Assembly (NCBI GenBank): GCA_039818205.1
Contig: JBCBUK010000011.1
Location: forward strand, 1 to 64,000
Source of the DNA: Verrucomicrobiota bacterium
GTDB taxonomy: Bacteria > Verrucomicrobiota > Verrucomicrobiia > Opitutales > Cerasicoccaceae
DNA length: 64,000 nucleotides
Direction of reading: 5' to 3'
In this document: positions 59,752 to 64,000 of the stretch, piece after piece
How positions within the stretch are numbered: position 1 is the first letter of the stretch
Layout of the letters: every line of letters begins with the position of its first letter
Notes under the pieces: model-generated
Seen by the model: only the letters and a program-made list of their open reading frames with translations
The model's database searches: none
What the model was told of the DNA's origin: nothing
Made by a program: the position numbers and the translations under genes

Positions 59752-61386
59752 ATGATCGTTGAGGAACAGGGCTTTTTCGGTATTAACAGCCGGGTCGATG
59801 CGCGCCTGTTGCCGGAAGGTATTGGCCAAGCCGCAACGAACGTTCGTCTTGAGCGTTTTCGGGTGCGCATGCGCGGCGGCCTGCAGCCACCTGGCCCAGT
59901 TCCAACCTATATCACAGAAAAGCTTCTTGGCGCGGCCGTGTTTTCGGACCCTGGCAATACCGAATGGATTGTTCTAATCATGCCTAGCCGTTCGTGGGCA
60001 TGGAAGCAAGGCACGCAAGTCGGCTTTGGAGAATTGCTCGATGAGGATGGCTCGCCCATCTTGGACGAGATTGGATCCGTTGTTCTGGATGAGAATTATC
60101 ACGAGCTTCTGTATCCGGATGGGTTTTCTCTGCAAGAGGATGAGCTTGTGAGTCTGACCCAGGCAAAGGGAAAGTTACTCCTCCATCGTGAAGGCCGTAC
60201 TACTTATGCCTGGACGGGCGATGCGACGGAAAGCTGGCAACCGGTCGACCATACCGAGCAAAGCGCCTTTCCTCAGAACATGCCCAGGGCGGCGTGGAGT
60301 ATCTATGCTCGCAATCGGCTGATCCTGCCTCGCCGTCGTGATGAAATTGGGATGAGCGATATCTTGGACCTCGATACATTTGGTCATGAGGGACGGTTCT
60401 ACGTCGACCAAGGCGGCTCAGATTGGATTGTTGGCGCGATTGATTGGCAGGAAGATGGCGTGATCGTCTTTAACCGCAAATCGATTCACCTGATCAGTGG
60501 TATCACCGACTTAACGAGTGCTCGTCGAGACATGGTAACCGATCAATACGGTGCCGTTGCCCGCAAGACTATTATTCGCGCCGGTCAGAAGATTATCTTC
60601 CTCAATGAGCAAGGCCTATTTGCCGTTTCTGAGTCGGAGCTGCTGAAGCTTCGGGGCACTGAGCAACCGCTATCGGAGCCGATCCAAGACCAGTTGGATC
60701 AGATCAATCTGCAAACCGCGGAGAATGCAGTCACCGCCTACCATGAGAACCGTTTGTATCTGGCATTTCCAGCTCGCAACAGTCCGAGGAATAACCGTCT
60801 AGCGATTTACTCGTTTTTGAACAAGCAATGGGAAAGCGTCGATACCTTCCCAGATGGGTTCTATTTGGACGATCTCATTGTTGCGCCCTATGGGCAAACA
60901 CGGCGACTGTTCGTGGTTAGCCGAGAGGGTGGACTTCACCTGATTGATGAACGTTCCGGCTCGGATGAGATCTTTGATTTGGCTACAGGCACGACTGCGA
61001 TCACACCTCATTCCGGAACCTTCAAGGTCCGGCGCATGCGTGGCGACTCCGACGAAGAGAAACGCCTAAAGAGCATCAAAGTAGGTGCTCAAGCAACCGT
61101 CGGTCCATCGGTCCAACTTCCCTTGACGCTTCCCGCGACCCTTTGGGGGAGTAGTGAAGCTGGAGTCTCGTTGACGGTAAATAGCTACCAGCCAGACAAG
61201 ACTCGGATCCACCCGACCCTAACACGCACAACCCAGGGAGATTGGGAAAAACGCTTTAAAGAGTTCGGCATGCGGGGGCATAGCTTTGATGTCGAGGTGC
61301 GACTGACCGGCGGCGACGTATCGCTGCAATACCTTAACTTAGAAATGAATCAACGTAGCGGCCAAGCCGCGACTCTGAAAGAATAG
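59752..61386 (+). CDS. Tail nozzle / P22 gp10-like DNA stabilisation protein
   Basis: GFFGIN start, beta-propeller-like repeats, G.VA..TI, PLSEPI; position before ejection genes. Confidence 0.7.
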   Translation: MIVEEQGFFGINSRVDARLLPEGIGQAATNVRLERFRVRMRGGLQPPGPVPTYITEKLLGAAVFSDPGNTEWIVLIMPSRSWAWKQGTQVGFGELLDEDGSPILDEIGSVVLDENYHELLYPDGFSLQEDELVSLTQAKGKLLLHREGRTTYAWTGDATESWQPVDHTEQSAFPQNMPRAAWSIYARNRLILPRRRDEIGMSDILDLDTFGHEGRFYVDQGGSDWIVGAIDWQEDGVIVFNRKSIHLISGITDLTSARRDMVTDQYGAVARKTIIRAGQKIIFLNEQGLFAVSESELLKLRGTEQPLSEPIQDQLDQINLQTAENAVTAYHENRLYLAFPARNSPRNNRLAIYSFLNKQWESVDTFPDGFYLDDLIVAPYGQTRRLFVVSREGGLHLIDERSGSDEIFDLATGTTAITPHSGTFKVRRMRGDSDEEKRLKSIKVGAQATVGPSVQLPLTLPATLWGSSEAGVSLTVNSYQPDKTRIHPTLTRTTQGDWEKRFKEFGMRGHSFDVEVRLTGGDVSLQYLNLEMNQRSGQAATLKE

Positions 61387-61388
61387 CA

Positions 61389-62399
61389 ATGGCGTCACTA
61401 CTTAGAGGATACACTTTCGAGAACGGCAAACAAGACGACCTGAATGCCGCCAATCTCCACCAGCTCGTAGAGTCTGCTGAGATCAGCAACATCACCAACG
61501 TTGATATCGATGCGAATGCGAACATTGCATCCAGCAAGCTAAGTCTTGATGTGATCAGCCAGGACGTGAATGTCCAAAGCAATGCTTTGGTTGTTCAACA
61601 GGGCGGTGTGGCGATGGGAGCTAGCTCGCTGACCAGCAGCGCCATCCTCGCTTTGAGTTCGACAGCTAAGGGTTTCTTACCGCCTGTTATGACAACCACT
61701 GAGCGCGATGCGATCAGCGTGCCCGTTGCGGGGTTGGTGGTTTTCAATAGCACCGTCAACCGGCTGCAAAGCTTCAACGGTACAACTTGGGACGACGCGA
61801 TCAGCGGGACCATCACCGATAGCGATGTTGAGGCCAATGCCGGTATTCTCGCCAGCAAGCTGAACCTTGCGAGCATCGATCAGGATGTGAACATTCGGAC
61901 GAATCAAATGGTTGTCAGTGGCTCCCAGGTTTCCATTGGCACCGCGAGCCCGGACAGTGATGCCGTTTTCCAAGTCGACAGTTCCAGTAAAGGCTGGCTT
62001 TGCCCACGCCTGACAACCTCTCAACGAACCGGAATCGCTAGCCCGATCGAGGGACTGAAGTGCTACGATACCGACCTGAATGCGGACTTCACCTACACGA
62101 CTTCCTGGCGTCAGCATGTTTACGCGGGTGAAATCGCCAATGCAGACATTGCCAGCGGGGCGGCGATCGCCAACACGAAGCTTGATCTTGCCTCGATCGC
62201 TCAAAACGTGGGCATGGCCGGAACCCTTGAGGTTGCTGGCGAGACACAGGTCTTTGTCCCTACCAGTGCGCCCGCAGACGGGAGCGTCAACGCCTCGCGG
62301 GTTATGTTCTGGGTGGACGAGGCCGGGCATACTTTAAACTTCAAAGTTAAATACAGCAATGGAACCACGGTTCGTAGTGGATCTGTTGCGCTAAGCTAG
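61389..62399 (+). CDS. Tail-fibre-like protein with internal tandem repeats
   Basis: Two approx. 105-aa repeats with SS..KG.L.P..TT..R..I..P..GL and a partial third. Confidence 0.7.
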   Translation: MASLLRGYTFENGKQDDLNAANLHQLVESAEISNITNVDIDANANIASSKLSLDVISQDVNVQSNALVVQQGGVAMGASSLTSSAILALSSTAKGFLPPVMTTTERDAISVPVAGLVVFNSTVNRLQSFNGTTWDDAISGTITDSDVEANAGILASKLNLASIDQDVNIRTNQMVVSGSQVSIGTASPDSDAVFQVDSSSKGWLCPRLTTSQRTGIASPIEGLKCYDTDLNADFTYTTSWRQHVYAGEIANADIASGAAIANTKLDLASIAQNVGMAGTLEVAGETQVFVPTSAPADGSVNASRVMFWVDEAGHTLNFKVKYSNGTTVRSGSVALS

Positions 62400-62407
62400 C
62401 TGATCAA

Positions 62408-62629
62408 ATGAAGACTTTTCTCCAACACCGCCAAGCGGAACTTGCGCAATTGCAAACCGACGCCAATGCGAAGATCGAGTCTCTTGAAAAGAGACTCCTG
62501 GCTCTCAGAGCCCAGGAGCGTGAACTGGCTGGTGCGCAGGCGATGGTCAACGAAATACTCGTTCATTGTGATTCTCCAGAGCTTAACCCTCAACTGATGA
62601 GGCCCGGTCAGCCGGAGCAAACGAAATAG
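62408..62629 (+). CDS. Small coiled-coil protein (possible fibre chaperone)
   Basis: 73 aa coiled coil after the fibre gene. Confidence 0.5.
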   Translation: MKTFLQHRQAELAQLQTDANAKIESLEKRLLALRAQERELAGAQAMVNEILVHCDSPELNPQLMRPGQPEQTK

Positions 62630-62631
62630 CG

Positions 62632-62952
62632 ATGAACCAACCTCGTCAGCAGATACTTACTCAATACCAAAAGCGCCATGGTCGCAAGATAGGCGCTCGT
62701 ATGGTCGACCGTTACCTGGATTGGGCGCGGCGTGATGGCTACGTGATCGATACCGCTCAAGTGTTTTTTGCGGCCGTTCGCAAACGCGATGAATGGCACG
62801 TCCTGTTTGCCTCTGGCAAGAACTCTTTGAAAGCCGGTATGGATGCGTGCCCACACCCAATGCCGCTGGTTTCATGGTACCGGTGTGTTCGTGGCGATAA
62901 CCGCCGCCGCATCATTAATTTCACCCGTCTCAAACGAATTTTGAACCCTTAG
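62632..62952 (+). CDS. Hypothetical virion-assembly protein
   Basis: 106 aa; position just before the ejection-type gene. Confidence 0.5.
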   Translation: MNQPRQQILTQYQKRHGRKIGARMVDRYLDWARRDGYVIDTAQVFFAAVRKRDEWHVLFASGKNSLKAGMDACPHPMPLVSWYRCVRGDNRRRIINFTRLKRILNP

Positions 62953-62964
62953 CCCATCAACGCG

Positions 62965-64000
62965 ATGTCGACTGAAATAGAAGCACCAGAAGCCCGCGAT
63001 CCTTACACTGAAAGTTTGGCTGCGCTCAATTCGCAAGTAAACTTGGCTCCACGACTGTTTGAGGCAGAATCAGAGTTTCGCCCGCAGTATGCTCAGCTCG
63101 ACCTTGGAATCCTTGAAGACGTGCTTCTCGGTCAACCGCAAGGCCAGGCTCAACTAAACTCTCAGCTAGAGGCCTTGGGGCCACGGCCGACTCTAGCCAA
63201 TCAAGGATTAGCGACTGCAGATCCGACATCGCTGATGATGAATGCGGTGAAGATCAAGCAGCTGCAACAGGACTTCGACGCGCAGGCGTCTGCATTGAAA
63301 GAACAGATCTCAACGACCTCTTCGAATCAGCGTGACGGTGGGTATCTGAGGCTGCTCGAACAAGTGCAGCAGCTGAACAAACCGATTCAGCAGGCGAGTG
63401 CCACGAATGAGATCGAGTTAGTCGAGGACCTTGGGCCTCGGGCAACGGAGGCGTTCCGCTCCGCTAATCCGAACATCGGCAACCTGCTTGCTCAGAGTGA
63501 TTCGCTCGCTCAGAACCAGCTCGGGCCCACGTTCGGCATGGAGAATTTCAACGAGCTATTGCCGGTCCTGACACAAGACGCTTTGGACGGTTTGGAAACC
63601 GGCGGCCGGTTGACCGACGATGAGCGTCGCGCGGCAACCCAAGATGCGCGCACCGCTTTCGAATCCCGAGGGAGGTCGGGCGATGTTGGCGCGGTCTTGG
63701 CTGAAATCGAGAACAATGAATTCGCTCGCCAGCGCCGCGAGGACCGTTCCCGGCGGTTTGCGACCGGCGTAGGTGGTTTGGCCCTTGCTGGATCTGGTAG
63801 TGAGCTGTCACAGCGCGGCTCCGACCTGGCGAATACGACGCAGGCAATCAACAATCAGGGCGCTTTCTCAACGGATCCGTTCCAGGTGATTCTTGGCCGT
63901 GCGAGCGGTGCACCCGGTCAAGCGGCTGGGGTCGCCAGCCAAGGCCAAGGGTTTAGCCAGACGAACCAACTCTTTGACCCGATGGCCTTCCAGGATCTCT
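62965..64000 (+). CDS. Probable internal virion/DNA ejection protein, truncated by the window end (not in ORF track)
   Basis: Hand translation MSTEIEAPEARDPYTESLAALNSQVNLAPRLFEAE..., Gln/Ala/Gly-rich and helical; no stop seen before the end. Confidence 0.65.
   Translation, partial: MSTEIEAPEARDPYTESLAALNSQVNLAPRLFEAESEFRPQYAQLDLGILEDVLLGQPQGQAQLNSQLEALGPRPTLANQGLATADPTSLMMNAVKIKQLQQDFDAQASALKEQISTTSSNQRDGGYLRLLEQVQQLNKPIQQASATNEIELVEDLGPRATEAFRSANPNIGNLLAQSDSLAQNQLGPTFGMENFNELLPVLTQDALDGLETGGRLTDDERRAATQDARTAFESRGRSGDVGAVLAEIENNEFARQRREDRSRRFATGVGGLALAGSGSELSQRGSDLANTTQAINNQGAFSTDPFQVILGRASGAPGQAAGVASQGQGFSQTNQLFDPMAFQDL

Larger units (their letters stand above)
30625..64000. mobile_element. 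Integrated podovirus-like prophage (continues past the window)
   Basis: att fragment, integrase, immunity, early, replication, terS/terL/portal/scaffold/MCP, lysis-like and short-tail modules; no tape measure, tube or sheath gene seen. Confidence 0.95.

Noticed and set aside
1..64000. CRISPR array, DGR/retron reverse transcriptase, IS element
   Set aside because: No repeat-spacer periodicity, RT motif or transposase was recognised; the check was by eye only.

Overview
The window has two parts. Bases 1-30.6 kb are host chromosome, inferred to be PVC superphylum and most likely Verrucomicrobiota from the sulfatase, DUF1552/PSCyt cytochrome pair, Tat-exported Gfo/Idh/MocA and PEP-CTERM protein. 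This half holds a XylR-type regulator, three unknown helix/beta-hairpin genes plus an SDR, and a DUF3179-DUF1223-type III PKS-methyltransferase-MMPL-YHS cluster. It also holds a PAS hybrid kinase, two divergent S24/S26-like peptidases, a NarL regulator split by a 1-nt frameshift, and ppnP. From 30625 to the window end lies a podovirus-like prophage integrated in a tRNA-Phe(GAA) gene; only the 47-bp 3' tRNA fragment is here. It carries an integrase, an RHH/XRE immunity region, and early genes including a WDGH protein and an internally deleted Tad2/DUF2829 remnant absent from the ORF track. Next come a repeat-rich C5 methyltransferase, replication genes, a reverse ArdC-like cassette, and terminase-portal-scaffold-capsid genes. 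It ends with a lysis-like module built around a papain C1 peptidase, tail genes with an acetylesterase, and an ejection-type gene running off the end. All family calls come from motif recognition by eye; no searches were run.
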